64,000 nucleotides of DNA from Candidatus Latescibacterota bacterium. GTDB lineage: Bacteria > Latescibacterota > UBA2968 > GCA-2709665. The stretch covers positions 4,000,001 to 4,064,000 of the forward strand of contig OZ242358.1 in the NCBI GenBank assembly GCA_965208835.1. Reading direction: 5' to 3'. Positions 28,616 through 39,308 of the stretch are shown one piece after another. The notes beneath the pieces were generated by a model. The model was not told the DNA's origin. It saw only the letters and a list, made by a program, of their open reading frames with translations, and searched no databases. The position numbers and the translations under genes are program-made. Each line of letters starts with the position of its first letter. Positions within the stretch are counted from its first letter, which is position 1.

Positions 28616-30360
28616 GTATCACTCCGCGCCCCCGCGTGGGGGGCGACCCAAGACCCGAGACGTGGGCGGTATGGCTTTCGTGTTTCAATCCACGCCCCCG
28701 CGTGGGGGGCGACGTCCGGCTGCTGCCGGCGTCAGGATAACGCGGTCGTTTCAATCCACGCCCCCGCGTGGGGGGCGACGTATATGTTGGAAAACCTTTG
28801 GTTCTTTGTCTGTTTCAATCCACGCCCCCGCGTGGGGGGCGACAGACCGGCCCGACTTCGATGTGCGGGATAGGGTTGTTTCAATCCACGCCCCCGCGTG
28901 GGGGGCGACTGTGACTACTGCCATACGCTATCCGAATCGACCGGTTTCAATCCACGCCCCCGCGTGGGGGGCGACAGATTCACTCTCAAGCGGGGGAGTC
29001 CAATCAAATTGTTTCAATCCACGCCCCCGCGTGGGGGGCGACCGCCATCAGAGGCGGCACACGCACCTCCATCTTGTTTCAATCCACGCCCCCGCGTGGG
29101 GGGCGACGTGTCAATCGTTCCGCCGAAAAACAAATCCGGGTGTGTTTCAATCCACGCCCCCGCGTGGGGGGCGACCTGGGCCGTATCCGTGACGACCCGC
29201 AGCCGGTTCTGTTTCAATCCACGCCCCCGCGTGGGGGGCGACTGACCATACGGCAGTTTTTCGCCGCCGTTGCCATGTTTCAATCCACGCCCCCGCGTGG
29301 GGGGCGACCCCGCCTGGGTTCCGCCAAACAGACGCCTGACAAGTTTCAATCCACGCCCCCGCGTGGGGGGCGACCCTGATACGATCAAACCACATTCACC
29401 TATTAAGGTTTCAATCCACGCCCCCGCGTGGGGGGCGACTCAGGATCTCGGCGTCATCATCCAGAGATCGGAGTTTCAATCCACGCCCCCGCGTGGGGGG
29501 CGACCAGCATATCGAAGACGCCATCAACCAGGCACTGGAGGTTTCAATCCACGCCCCCGCGTGGGGGGCGACAGCCGGAGAAGTTTGTGCGCCGCATCTT
29601 CGGATGTTTCAATCCACGCCCCCGCGTGGGGGGCGACACACGAAATATCCGGGCCATCCCTACGAGTTTATGTTTCAATCCACGCCCCCGCGTGGGGGGC
29701 GACGAGGTATCGGAGGCCAAAGTCCTTGATGCCAAGGTTTCAATCCACGCCCCCGCGTGGGGGGCGACCGGAGGCTACCGCGGCGGCGGAGGACATCCTA
29801 TTTGTTTCAATCCACGCCCCCGCGTGGGGGGCGACTCACGGGCAAGAGAACGGGCGGCGGGCCGGGCAAGAGTTTCAATCCACGCCCCCGCGTGGGGGGC
29901 GACCTTGTACGTCGCCTCGAGCAGCTGGCGGGCCGTGTTTCAATCCACGCCCCCGCGTGGGGGGCGACTGGCCTCCCGGCTCTCTTTCGCTATGCTGATT
30001 AGTTTCAATCCACGCCCCCGCGTGGGGGGCGACCCAGCCGGCGGGCCAGGGTCTGGACGTGGGTCTGTTTCAATCCACGCCCCCGCGTGGGGGGCGACAC
30101 CCTCGTCAGACAGTACCCGGGCAGAGTATGAGTTTCAATCCACGCCCCCGCGTGGGGGGCGACCAAACACATGGATCAAACTCTGTAGTAAATATAGTTT
30201 CAATCCACGCCCCCGCGTGGGGGGCGACATCGGAATGAAATCCGAATGCCGGATGCTGGAGGTGTTTCAATCCACGCCCCCGCGTGGGGGGCGACGATTG
30301 TGGGCAAAGACAACCAGATGGACGGTTTGTTTCAATCCACGCCCCCGCGTGGGGGGCGAC
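28616..30360 (-). CRISPR. type I-C CRISPR array, 27 repeats (26 consensus plus 1 degenerate trailer), 26 spacers of ~32-36 nt
   Basis: 32-nt repeat GTCGCCCCCCACGCGGGGGCGTGGATTGAAAC at ~66-nt period; degenerate copy at 28616-28647. Confidence 0.98.
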
Positions 30361-30546
30361 TGTTGCAAGCTAATACGTTGTGTCGCAATACGAAAATGAC
30401 GAGCTGGCGCGAACCGTATCCAGCTCTCTTAGTTTAGAATAGCTACTTGCACCATCGTGACTCGAATCTCTTTAAGTATCAATGGGTTGTACAATGCGCG
30501 GACCTCCCCGTGTTTACCTGACCGCTTGTGGTTCGCACCTGCCCAC
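30361..30546 (-). promoter_or_regulatory. CRISPR leader
   Basis: AT-richer non-coding stretch between cas2 and the first repeat, at the end opposite the degenerate repeat. Confidence 0.7.
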
Positions 30547-30837
30547 TCACACAATCAATGTTCCGTTCAAGTCGGTCGCCGGCTTGGCACCAATGTGCTC
30601 TACACGTCGCTTCCAATTAGCACCAAGGAAATAATATCTGAGACTGTCGGTTTCTAAATTGATGATCGCCTCAAGCTGGGCACTTAAAGCGGCCCATTGC
30701 GCGGGCTCCACCTCAATCTCGAACACAGAAAACTGCACTCTTTGTCCAAAATCGCGACATATCTTAGCGACACGACGTAAACGACGTGCGCCGCCATCGG
30801 ATGTCGTCGAGACGTCGTACGTAACGAGAACCATCAT
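30547..30837 (-). CDS. cas2: CRISPR-associated endoribonuclease Cas2
   Basis: MMVLVTYDV...RRLRRVAK.C..FGQRVQFSVFE...DSLRYY. Confidence 0.95.
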   Translation of the reverse strand: MMVLVTYDVSTTSDGGARRLRRVAKICRDFGQRVQFSVFEIEVEPAQWAALSAQLEAIINLETDSLRYYFLGANWKRRVEHIGAKPATDLNGTLIV

Positions 30838-30899
30838 GGTTGTTGGCTTTTCTTTCCTCGCGGATGCGGCCGTCGTTCAAGAGAGTAGGTTGAGTAGCC

Positions 30900-31934
30900 T
30901 CATTTCCATAACCACGGCGGGTGGGCATCTAAGTCGCCTCGAAGATGCCGAGCCAGCAATTGTGCTTGGAGATATGGAACTAAACCGAGCGGTGCCTGCT
31001 CCCCAAGAAAGGGATGGCGACGCTCTACACGCTTTCGCTCCTGCCATGCACTGAGAACCGTTTTGCGAGCGGCATCGCTCATTGAGACGCTGCCGCCTTC
31101 TCGAACTTGGAAGTCCTTAGCGCGTATTTGCCGACGATTGACTAGCGATAGCACAAGCCGATCAGCCAAGACGGGTCGCAGCTCTTCCATAAGGTCTAGC
31201 GCAAGACTCGGACGGCCGGGACGATCTCTATGAAAGAAGCCCACTGCCGGATCCAAGCCAACGCTCTCGGCGGCAGAGTTGCAGTCGTGAACGAGAAGCG
31301 TATATAGAAATGAAAGCAGGGCATTCACAGGGTCACGTGGTGGCCGACGGTTGCGACCTGCAAATGCCATCTCTGGTTCGGGTACGCGGATCAGGAGACC
31401 AAAGAACGAAAAATAGAGCCGTGCGGCCTCGCCTTCAAAACCTCGTAGTCTATCAACACTGTCGTGGCCGTCGCTAATGCGTTGCACAATCTGCCGCAGG
31501 CGATTTGTGGCGACGGACATAGCTTCTCGGCTAGAAAGCTCAAGTTGGTCTCCATAGTCGCGCTGCGCTCTTTGCAAGACGGCTCTCTGATTAGCGATCT
31601 TGCCGACGAGAATGCTGCGGACGATTTCTTCCGGTGTGTCGCTGACTCTATATTGTGCGCGACGCAGCAGTACATTGCCAGAAACTGGACCCTCGACTCG
31701 GGCTTGGAATCGGCCGAATCGACTTAGGAGTACTAAGACGATGCCACCGGCAGCGCAGGCTTGGATCAGAGGTGGAGATATATAGATGCTGCCGAACACC
31801 ACCACCGACCCCAGCATGTGGAACGGAACCCTCACACGTTCCTCGCCCTCTACTTCCGCGACCAGATTCTCGCCGTCCTTGGTCAGACGTGCTTCAGGCG
31901 TAGTAACGTATAGCGTATTGAGCAACCGCCTCAT
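30900..31934 (-). CDS. cas1: type I-C Cas1 integrase
   Basis: MRRLLNTLYVT, SGNVLLRRAQY, LRGFEGEAA, RRPPRDPVNALLSF, LALDLMEELRP. Confidence 0.95.
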   Translation of the reverse strand: MRRLLNTLYVTTPEARLTKDGENLVAEVEGEERVRVPFHMLGSVVVFGSIYISPPLIQACAAGGIVLVLLSRFGRFQARVEGPVSGNVLLRRAQYRVSDTPEEIVRSILVGKIANQRAVLQRAQRDYGDQLELSSREAMSVATNRLRQIVQRISDGHDSVDRLRGFEGEAARLYFSFFGLLIRVPEPEMAFAGRNRRPPRDPVNALLSFLYTLLVHDCNSAAESVGLDPAVGFFHRDRPGRPSLALDLMEELRPVLADRLVLSLVNRRQIRAKDFQVREGGSVSMSDAARKTVLSAWQERKRVERRHPFLGEQAPLGLVPYLQAQLLARHLRGDLDAHPPWLWK

Positions 31935-32629
31935 GGGTGTTCTCCAGACTCGGCAAGGTGCGACGATAGAGTGCGGGTTCGCCAAGCGAGAACCGAATGT
32001 TCCATTGCCTTTGGGCGACACTGGTCAAGCAGAGAACAGCCTCGGCACTTGGCCGCTTCGTATTCGGCTGGGGGTGTACGACCATGTGCAAAGAGCGCGG
32101 CTACTTGCCCGACCGTCGTCTCGGTCAGGGTACGGAGCTCAGCCTCAAAAGACACTTCTCTCCGTCGTTTGGTTTGGTTGTAATAAAACGCTCCTATCGG
32201 CACCTCTGTATCGGTCATTTCTTCAAGGCAAAGTGCCTGAGCGCATAGTTGCACTTCGTCGGCGCGATGCACTTTGGCCTTGCCGCGTTTAAACTCGACA
32301 GGGAACGGGGTCGTCCCTGTCGGTCTTTCGTGGAACTCGACCATATCGGCGACGCCTGTAAGATTGAGTCGAGTACTGTAAATCGGAAGTGACATCACCT
32401 GACGTACACCCGACTTTCGCCGATGCCCTGATTCGTCGATGATTTGATGTAGTACCCGACCTTCAGCGGTAAAGCGATTTTCCTCCCAAAGCCGTTCCAA
32501 GTGAATCAGAGCGCATTGCCTCATACAGTACACCGCGTGTTGCAAAGCCGACACGGGTATCGACTCCATTCTATGTTCCGGTCCACGCCTCTGCGCCGGA
32601 GGTACTCGTCCGGGCTGTTTTTCACTCAT
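31931..32629 (-). CDS. cas4: Cas4 exonuclease (start uncertain)
   Basis: SALQH..YC.RQCALIH, GVADMVEF, PVEFKRGK, QLCAQALCLEEM, C..CSL...C. Confidence 0.93.
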   Translation of the reverse strand: MSEKQPGRVPPAQRRGPEHRMESIPVSALQHAVYCMRQCALIHLERLWEENRFTAEGRVLHQIIDESGHRRKSGVRQVMSLPIYSTRLNLTGVADMVEFHERPTGTTPFPVEFKRGKAKVHRADEVQLCAQALCLEEMTDTEVPIGAFYYNQTKRRREVSFEAELRTLTETTVGQVAALFAHGRTPPAEYEAAKCRGCSLLDQCRPKAMEHSVLAWRTRTLSSHLAESGEHP

Positions 32630-32676
32630 CGTAATATCCACTCCGCATGTTTAATGCAATGTCCTACGCGGGGGGA

Positions 32677-33619
32677 CTAGGAAATCAACTCGATGGCCTC
32701 GACATTTGCTGGCATATCTTCTAAGTCGAATTCCACGCTATAATCGGCAAAGCTGCGGGCGGGCCTAAGGGTACCTTCGCTACCGTTCTCTTCTGTGCGT
32801 CGTACACTTACCCGCTCAAAGAGCTTATGTGCAGGCGCGTTACCCAAGGCGCTAGTGTGCTTAAAGGCGATGAGCTGACGGGCGACCATTTCGCCTCGGG
32901 CGGCCGAGTGGTCGTGCTCAAACATCTGTGTCAAAGCACTCCAGAGGACATCGAGATCATCCGGCGAAAAGCCGGTGCGTTCGGCGAGCTTGGCGGAGAT
33001 AAAACCATGTGCTCGATACAGCCCGTAGGGCACAATGTGTTTGCGACCCATGGTACGATGCTCGGTCCGCTCGTCCCCGTCGTTTTCGCCGCTGGCCTTC
33101 TCGCGCTCCTCCTTTTCCTTTTCGTTGGTCGCTGCCATGCGCGTTATGGACATTTCGAGCGGTACGATCGGCTCAATGGACCGCGCAAAGGTCACTTGTA
33201 CTGGCCCACGTACTTGGCCACAGTTGATGCCGGTGCTCATTACCGCACCGAAGGTACGCACATCAAAAAAATTGTCGCACATGAAGCCGCGCAAGGCGTC
33301 CATCTCCTCGTCGCTTTGTGGGTTTAGTTTTTTTTGTGTTAACCTTTTCGTCGTCGGGGCGCACAACTTGATACGCCTTCCGGTGTTGCTCGTTGAGCAA
33401 AGCACCTTCTTGGACGTAGATCGCATAGCCGGACTCGTCGCCTTTAGCTAGTTCGACAAAGTTTCGCACCTTGCGCTTGAGGCAGACATCTGTGACCAAC
33501 CCTTGGTTCGTTTCAGGGTCGAGGCGCGGGAGGTTGCCTGCATCCGGGTCGCCGTTGGGATTGCCGTTGTTGACGTCGAACAGATAGACGAAGTCGTAGC
33601 GATGATTGAGTGCGGTCAT
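32677..33619 (-). pseudogene. cas7: type I-C Cas7/Csd2, frameshifted at an A8 run (33328-33335)
   Basis: N-terminal half ([24 protein letters not shown]) and C-terminal half ([32 protein letters not shown]) are in different frames. Confidence 0.88.
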
Positions 33620-35400
33620 TCTTCGTTCTCCTTTTCTTCTTTTTTGGTGAAGAATACGTTTTTCTGGTGGTAGTAGCCGATGGCGAAGAACGCTTGACGC
33701 TCCATCGTCAGCGTTGACACAAACAGCTTCTCGGGTGTAGCGCATTCGTAAATTTGGGTGATGTCCCGGTCAAGGCGAATCTCTGCACCTCGACTGTTGG
33801 GGTCCTTCCGAAGTTTGGCCAAGTGGTTCATGGCGTTGCGTTGCAAGATGGGAAATACAGAACGCGGCGTCGCCGAAGCTGCCCCATAGTACTTATCGCG
33901 TATCGTGGCGTTAACATTGCCACCGAGAGCTTGCCTTTGCGCGTGCTCAAAGCAAGCAAAGAGCCGACCAAGCAAGTAGCCAGGATCGACGTTTGTAGGA
34001 TCGAGAGACACGAGATTATCCTCCTTTGTTGAGTGTATAGCCGTGCGCCGGTTGCGGCATACCACGGCTTTGAGTAAGGCTACGCGCAGGTCCGTTACGG
34101 CTTTGTCTGACCGCAGGCGCATGAGAATCGTAGATAACAAAGTCTGCGGATAGGTGCGACCCGTCAAGATGGCGCGCAACATCTCCCCAGCGAGTTGGGG
34201 AGGGATGTGTTCGTATGGGTTTTTCACCTTCGTTGTGGCGACCTCACGTAGACAGCGTCGAACGCTTGGCTGCTCGTGGCGTGGCGGCGGGTCAATACGC
34301 ATATCCCGATAGTGCCAGAGGATATGCTCTGCAATCGTCGCAAAGTCGTCCTCCAGCCAGAAGCGAGTCGAAATACGAGCTGCATTGGGGGCCAATCCCA
34401 GCACATGGAAGCGCACACCTTGGGGCAAATCCGGACTAATTTCTATTATGGGACGGCCCTTTGCCATTTTTTCGAGGATGGACTTGACGGCCTGATCGCT
34501 TATTTCATCGTCCGCGCCATTGGCATCATTGAGGAAGCAGGCAAATATAGCCTCGCTTTGTGCCGTTTCTTCCTCGTTCGATCCATCGGCCCAGAATACG
34601 GTCGAGGCGTCTCCGAGTTGGACTTTGTTTTCGTTGGTACGGAGAAAGTGGTTGAGGGACGTCGTATAGGCAGCGGCCGCATCTTCGCTCACAGGCGCAT
34701 TGTTGCCCTGTTTATGCTCATACGACTCAAAGGCGTCGAGATTGAAAGAGACGATGTTTGCGCCGGAAGACTGTGCGCCGCGTACCCCTTTAATTGAAGG
34801 GTGAGTCTGAGCGATGGGTGATTTCTTTCCGGTCACCAAGCAAACGGCTTGGTCTGTGTTACGACCCTGATTCATCTGCAAGGTCCAAAGCTGGCGTGCG
34901 GCCTCGCGATCATGAATAAAGTTGCGATCTCCATCTAGCCGGAAAACCACATTGGCTCCCTTCATTTCGTCTGGCCAGCCATGAGAATCGAAGTACTCTG
35001 GCTTCCACCATTGCAAGAAACGATAACAAGCCATAAGCCCTGCGTCGTTTTCGCCTTGCAGGGCATCGAGGTGCCGTTCCCGAAAAGCCTCTTGCTCTTT
35101 CTCCACCCTCTCCAAGGCTTTGCCACCTTCCGCAACGCCAAGCGCATAAGACGCCTTATCCCATAGAAAGTTCGGCACAACTTTGACTGTCCGCTTTTCC
35201 GGCCTCGGAACCGAGTGCCGTGGTGCCAACGGGTTCTTCCCTGAGTGATCTCGTAGGTCCACGGGCTTTCCCACGGGCTGACCGTCGGTTCCCAAGACGA
35301 CGCAATAGCCGACCCGCTCATCGGAATAGCCAAGCGCCGGCACTTTGTCTTCTTCTGAGAGAAGGTGATAGGCCCGCTCAAGAGAAGCTAAAATGCTCAT
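33616..35400 (-). CDS. cas8c: type I-C Cas8c/Csd1
   Basis: [60 protein letters not shown]. Confidence 0.93.
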   Translation of the reverse strand: MSILASLERAYHLLSEEDKVPALGYSDERVGYCVVLGTDGQPVGKPVDLRDHSGKNPLAPRHSVPRPEKRTVKVVPNFLWDKASYALGVAEGGKALERVEKEQEAFRERHLDALQGENDAGLMACYRFLQWWKPEYFDSHGWPDEMKGANVVFRLDGDRNFIHDREAARQLWTLQMNQGRNTDQAVCLVTGKKSPIAQTHPSIKGVRGAQSSGANIVSFNLDAFESYEHKQGNNAPVSEDAAAAYTTSLNHFLRTNENKVQLGDASTVFWADGSNEEETAQSEAIFACFLNDANGADDEISDQAVKSILEKMAKGRPIIEISPDLPQGVRFHVLGLAPNAARISTRFWLEDDFATIAEHILWHYRDMRIDPPPRHEQPSVRRCLREVATTKVKNPYEHIPPQLAGEMLRAILTGRTYPQTLLSTILMRLRSDKAVTDLRVALLKAVVCRNRRTAIHSTKEDNLVSLDPTNVDPGYLLGRLFACFEHAQRQALGGNVNATIRDKYYGAASATPRSVFPILQRNAMNHLAKLRKDPNSRGAEIRLDRDITQIYECATPEKLFVSTLTMERQAFFAIGYYHQKNVFFTKKEEKENEE

Positions 35401-36056
35401 CGCCTCACCTCTGGTGAATTAGGTGAAGGAACTTCGACCACGCCCCGTTTCAATTCGGCGCGAAAGAAAACAGGCTGTCGCTCGTTTGCGTGGTCAATAT
35501 CGTAGAGCATCCAGCCCAAGTCGCGGTTTTCTTCGATTGCAGGCGGCAGGTCGTCGCTCTCAATGAGAGTGTAGTCTGCGGCGAATTCTCGCGTTCCGAG
35601 ACAGGGCTGGTGAAAGCACTGCCCGTTCCTGGCGCGGCGATTGAAGATGTCGAGATGTTTGCCCACGTTATCGCTTTCACTCGCTTCGTCCGATAGGTCA
35701 AAGTGCGCTTCAATGGCGTAATCGACATTGACCAAGACGGTGGCGGCGCGTTGCTGGCGATCATCCTCAACCCTGGTGTAGAGGGTCTCAATGGATCCCC
35801 GGTTTCTTGCCGTGCGGACGGATCCCGTGGGAATTTTCTTACCGACTTCGTTGCGCCGGATCGACTGAAACTGAATCCGCTTGAGGACGTGAATGCGGTC
35901 AATGCGCCAGACGATAGCCGGTTTCCAGTGAATGGCCTCCAGGATGCCGCGTGCCGCCGAAGGTGTCATTACGTCGTAGGACACGCGTTCGACCTTCATT
36001 TCCGGCCGGGTGAAACAGGCGTACTTGCCCTCTACGCGCAGACGTACTCCAAACAT
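35397..36056 (-). CDS. cas5: type I-C Cas5d (crRNA-processing)
   Basis: YACFTRPEMKVERVSYDVMTPSAARGILEAIHWKP, GQCFHQPCLGTREF. Confidence 0.95.
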   Translation of the reverse strand: MFGVRLRVEGKYACFTRPEMKVERVSYDVMTPSAARGILEAIHWKPAIVWRIDRIHVLKRIQFQSIRRNEVGKKIPTGSVRTARNRGSIETLYTRVEDDRQQRAATVLVNVDYAIEAHFDLSDEASESDNVGKHLDIFNRRARNGQCFHQPCLGTREFAADYTLIESDDLPPAIEENRDLGWMLYDIDHANERQPVFFRAELKRGVVEVPSPNSPEVRR

Positions 36057-36121
36057 GGAGGAACTCCTTTAATGTGGCTTTGTAGTGTTTCAATGCCTCC
36101 CGCCGGTAGGCCACTTTCCAA

Positions 36122-38350
36122 TTATACCAGCATCACCTCATCGCCGAGCAAATCGAAATCTTCCCAAAGTAGGCCGACATCATCTTGATAGAGGCTGTTG
36201 GTGAAGAGAACTGTGAATTGATCACCGAAGCGTTCTGACTCCGCAGAGAATACGTGATTATTTGTGACGAGTTGCTCTCGGAAACGAGGGTAAACTTGCA
36301 CAACGTAGGGCTGGACCCGCCGTGCTATGCCGCTGGGCCGTTCGGTATATGCGAGTTCGCGCAAAGCCTTATGTGCCTCTTCTTCTCGATCAATGATCAC
36401 CGGCAAGAACCCGCTCTGGATCAGGCGAAAGCTCTCGCCAACCTCGCGGAAGGAGAAAGAAGTGCCGTGCTTACTCATCTTAAACTTTCGCAAGAAATCA
36501 TCGCCAAGGCCCTCTCCTTTGCGCCAGTACACCTCTTGGCAGTAGTCTTCCATAGCCTCCGGCGACAGCAGGTGGTCGTGGTGATCCCTGATGCGTTCCA
36601 TATCTCCGGCGAGTTGGCTCAACTCAGCCGGAGTGGAATGTTCCGCTGGTTGGAACACAGTAACAATGCTGTCCGCAACATCTCGTCGTCCCTCCCTATT
36701 GCAGCGTCCAGCAGCTTGGGCAATCGAATCAAGCCCTGCCTCGGCCCGCCAAACCCTCGGAAAATCCAGATCAACACCCGCCTCAACCAGCGAGGTAGCA
36801 ATCAATCGGCATGGCGTTCCTGCCTTTAACCGCTGGCGCACATCCGCAAGAATGCGGCGGCGATGCGCTGCGTACTGCCGCGTACTCAGATGCACGACGC
36901 CATCAATGTCTGCTTCACAGGCTTGCCAATAGAGGTCTAGAGCGTGTTTCCGACTGTTGACAATAATCAGGCCTTGCGACGTTTGCGCGAGGGCATCGCA
37001 TAGGCTATCGTCGGTGAGTATGCCTTCGTTGGTGATAGTGACGCGAGCGAGCTTCTGGTGCAAGAGCGGCGGATTGGGCGCGAGTTCGCGTACTTGGATG
37101 AAGCCCCCTTTGAAATCAGGCGCCTTGAGTGCCGGTTGGGTCGCGGTGCAGAGTACGATGGATGAGCCATAGTTGCGAGCAAGTTCGTCAAGGACAGCAA
37201 CCGCTGGCCGCAGCACATGCAGGGGGATCGTCTGCGCTTCGTCGAGGACAATGACCGCACGAGCCACGTTGTGCAGCTTGCGGCACCGCGATGGGCGATG
37301 GGAGAACAAGCTTTCAAAGAGCTGGACGTTAGTAGTCACGACGATGGGAGCTGCCCAGTCGTCCATGGCGAGCCTTAATTTATCGGAACCCTCCCGTTTT
37401 GTGGTCTTCGTTTCGTCAATCGCCGAATGGTGTTCGAGGACGACACCCTCCCCCAGCACATCCCGAAAAATCTCCACAGTCTGATCAATCACGGAAGTAA
37501 AGGGAATCGCATAGACGATGCGCTCAAGCCCATGTGTTTTGGCATGGTCGAGAGCAAACGCGAGGGAAGTCAAAGTCTTGCCTCCACCGGTCGGTACATT
37601 GAGCGAGAACAGGCCCGGAGAGCAATCCGCTTGAGTCCGAACATGCTCCAGAATTTCGCGGCGCATGCGGTTGACCTTGCCTTCACTGGCAAGTCCGTTG
37701 AAGTGACTATTGAGTCTATTGCGTAGATGAGCGACTATTTCGGAAAGCACTGGCCAGTCGCGGTCAATGATCTCGCCCTTTGCATCAGCGTAAAAGCGCT
37801 CGGTGTCGCGGAAATCTCCGTCAACAAGGCACGAGAAGATCATCCGCGTCAGGAAGGAAAGCTGAAACGCCGTCGTCTCGAGTTTTTTCGTTAATGTGAA
37901 CCCTTTAAGCCAAAGACCGGTAGCATCGGGCCGAATCTCCAACTCCCAAGCCGAGTCAAGTGGGTCGAGCGTTTTTCTCAGCCGTTCATAAAGCGAACCA
38001 GTTTCACGGCGCATGTCCGGCAGGCCCCCATGATGCCCAGCGATGGCATAGGCAATCAGTTCCGCCATTGCCTTGTCCTTATCTGATTCTGTCAAGTTCC
38101 TGACCATTTTTGCGCCAGCGGTCGCGTGATCAACCGCTGGTCCGCCGTGCAAGCGCTTCTGGTACGGTTTCGTGTACTTGCCAACATCATGTAGAAGCCC
38201 AGTCAATCCCGCAGCTTTGCCAGCACCAAACTTGGCTCCCCGTACTGCCGCCTCATCTTGGACACTTAGCAGGTGCTCTCGTAGCGGCTGCCAATATTCC
38301 GTGGACCGATCTTCTAGCGAATGTGCGTAAAAGATCCCGTGCCTCCACAT
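36122..38350 (-). CDS. cas3: Cas3 HD nuclease-helicase (start near FYAHS)
   Basis: YAHS, LLHDVGK, IAGHHGGL, VPTGGGKT, LDEAQ, QAAGRCNREG. Confidence 0.95.
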   Translation of the reverse strand: MWRHGIFYAHSLEDRSTEYWQPLREHLLSVQDEAAVRGAKFGAGKAAGLTGLLHDVGKYTKPYQKRLHGGPAVDHATAGAKMVRNLTESDKDKAMAELIAYAIAGHHGGLPDMRRETGSLYERLRKTLDPLDSAWELEIRPDATGLWLKGFTLTKKLETTAFQLSFLTRMIFSCLVDGDFRDTERFYADAKGEIIDRDWPVLSEIVAHLRNRLNSHFNGLASEGKVNRMRREILEHVRTQADCSPGLFSLNVPTGGGKTLTSLAFALDHAKTHGLERIVYAIPFTSVIDQTVEIFRDVLGEGVVLEHHSAIDETKTTKREGSDKLRLAMDDWAAPIVVTTNVQLFESLFSHRPSRCRKLHNVARAVIVLDEAQTIPLHVLRPAVAVLDELARNYGSSIVLCTATQPALKAPDFKGGFIQVRELAPNPPLLHQKLARVTITNEGILTDDSLCDALAQTSQGLIIVNSRKHALDLYWQACEADIDGVVHLSTRQYAAHRRRILADVRQRLKAGTPCRLIATSLVEAGVDLDFPRVWRAEAGLDSIAQAAGRCNREGRRDVADSIVTVFQPAEHSTPAELSQLAGDMERIRDHHDHLLSPEAMEDYCQEVYWRKGEGLGDDFLRKFKMSKHGTSFSFREVGESFRLIQSGFLPVIIDREEEAHKALRELAYTERPSGIARRVQPYVVQVYPRFREQLVTNNHVFSAESERFGDQFTVLFTNSLYQDDVGLLWEDFDLLGDEVMLV

Positions 38351-38395
38351 TTTAAGGATTCGGCTGCCATTCCGGCGCCAAGCCTTGTCATTCGG

Positions 38396-38412
38396 CGTCG
38401 CAAAATGCGACG
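38396..38412. promoter_or_regulatory. palindrome CGTCGCA-N3-TGCGACG upstream of cas3
   Basis: Perfect inverted repeat; variants at 38493-38509, 39382-39398, 39484-39500 and 40652-40668. Confidence 0.45.
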
Positions 38413-38429
38413 TCGGCAATCTTGCAACG

Positions 38430-39206
38430 TCAACGCAGTGACATTGCAAGATCAGAATCTGCTCGTCGCAGGCAGGTGTCATCGGTCCTAAGTGTCTCAA
38501 AATGCGACAGCGATGCGAGAATGGCCGCGGGATCGTCCATTTTCCATCTCCGTGTGACTTCTCGCCTGCACCTCACCGCCGAATTCATATCCGCGGCTGT
38601 TTCCTGTTCCAGTTCCTCCGGCCGAAATCTTCCGAACCGCCGGGATTGCTGCGGCGACTCTCGTATGGAATTGGCTTTCCTGACGGCATTCCTGGCTGCA
38701 CACTTGGCCTCCCCAACGGCATCCCTGACCGCTCTTCTGGCGATCCTCTCCGCTTTGTAGGCTGCTTCGCTTTCCATCTTGGCGTCTTCATACCTCTGCA
38801 GGACTGTCTGATAGTTCTCCCAGGCCGCGATGTCTCTCTCCCGGCCCGTTTCGAATATCGCTCGGGCAACCTTCGCGGCTGCGTTTCTGGCAGCGCTTTC
38901 CGCCTTCATTGAAGCATTGTGTTTCATTCTGGCATCTTCATATGTCTGCACGGCAAACCGGTAGTTCTCCCCGGCCGCCGCAACGTGTCCTTCCCGGTCC
39001 GCTTCGTAAATCGCCCGGGTGCGTTTGAAGATCACCCAGGCGTCAGTCTTTTCCCGGCGCCGTTGTTCGTAAAGGGCGACAATCCATGCGGCTTCCCACA
39101 CGTCGAGTTCGGCTCCGGCCGCTTGATGCTCTGTACTTTCGATTGCGACGACGCCGATTGCAAGCGTGGAGATGGCCAAGACAACGTATCGGGTTGTGCT
39201 CATCAT
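38430..39206 (-). CDS. hypothetical secreted alpha-helical protein with an internal repeat
   Basis: Signal-like N-terminus; duplicated RAI(Y/F)E..RE...AA.ENY....Q.YEDA(R/K)M unit. Confidence 0.5.
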   Translation of the reverse strand: MMSTTRYVVLAISTLAIGVVAIESTEHQAAGAELDVWEAAWIVALYEQRRREKTDAWVIFKRTRAIYEADREGHVAAAGENYRFAVQTYEDARMKHNASMKAESAARNAAAKVARAIFETGRERDIAAWENYQTVLQRYEDAKMESEAAYKAERIARRAVRDAVGEAKCAARNAVRKANSIRESPQQSRRFGRFRPEELEQETAADMNSAVRCRREVTRRWKMDDPAAILASLSHFETLRTDDTCLRRADSDLAMSLR

Positions 39207-39308
39207 AGGTTTTTCACCTGGCTGTGGTTTTGTGGCGTGTTTTCGGGCCGAGGATCGCGCCGGGTGCGATCCTTGGTGTCAAACCTGTGTCGGGAATCCA
39301 CCGTAAAT

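Noticed and set aside
28648-30328. Self-targeting spacers against the mini-ORFs or other window sequence
   Set aside because: No match noticed by eye, but an exhaustive alignment could not be run, so nothing is claimed.
28389-30437. Many long ORFs in the ORF track with VSIHAPAWGAT/FQSTPPRGGR repeats
   Set aside because: They are translations of the CRISPR repeats, not genes.
38351-38500. 50-aa N-terminal extension of Cas3
   Set aside because: The HD domain starts at FYAHS; the extension overlaps the upstream ORF and the putative operator.
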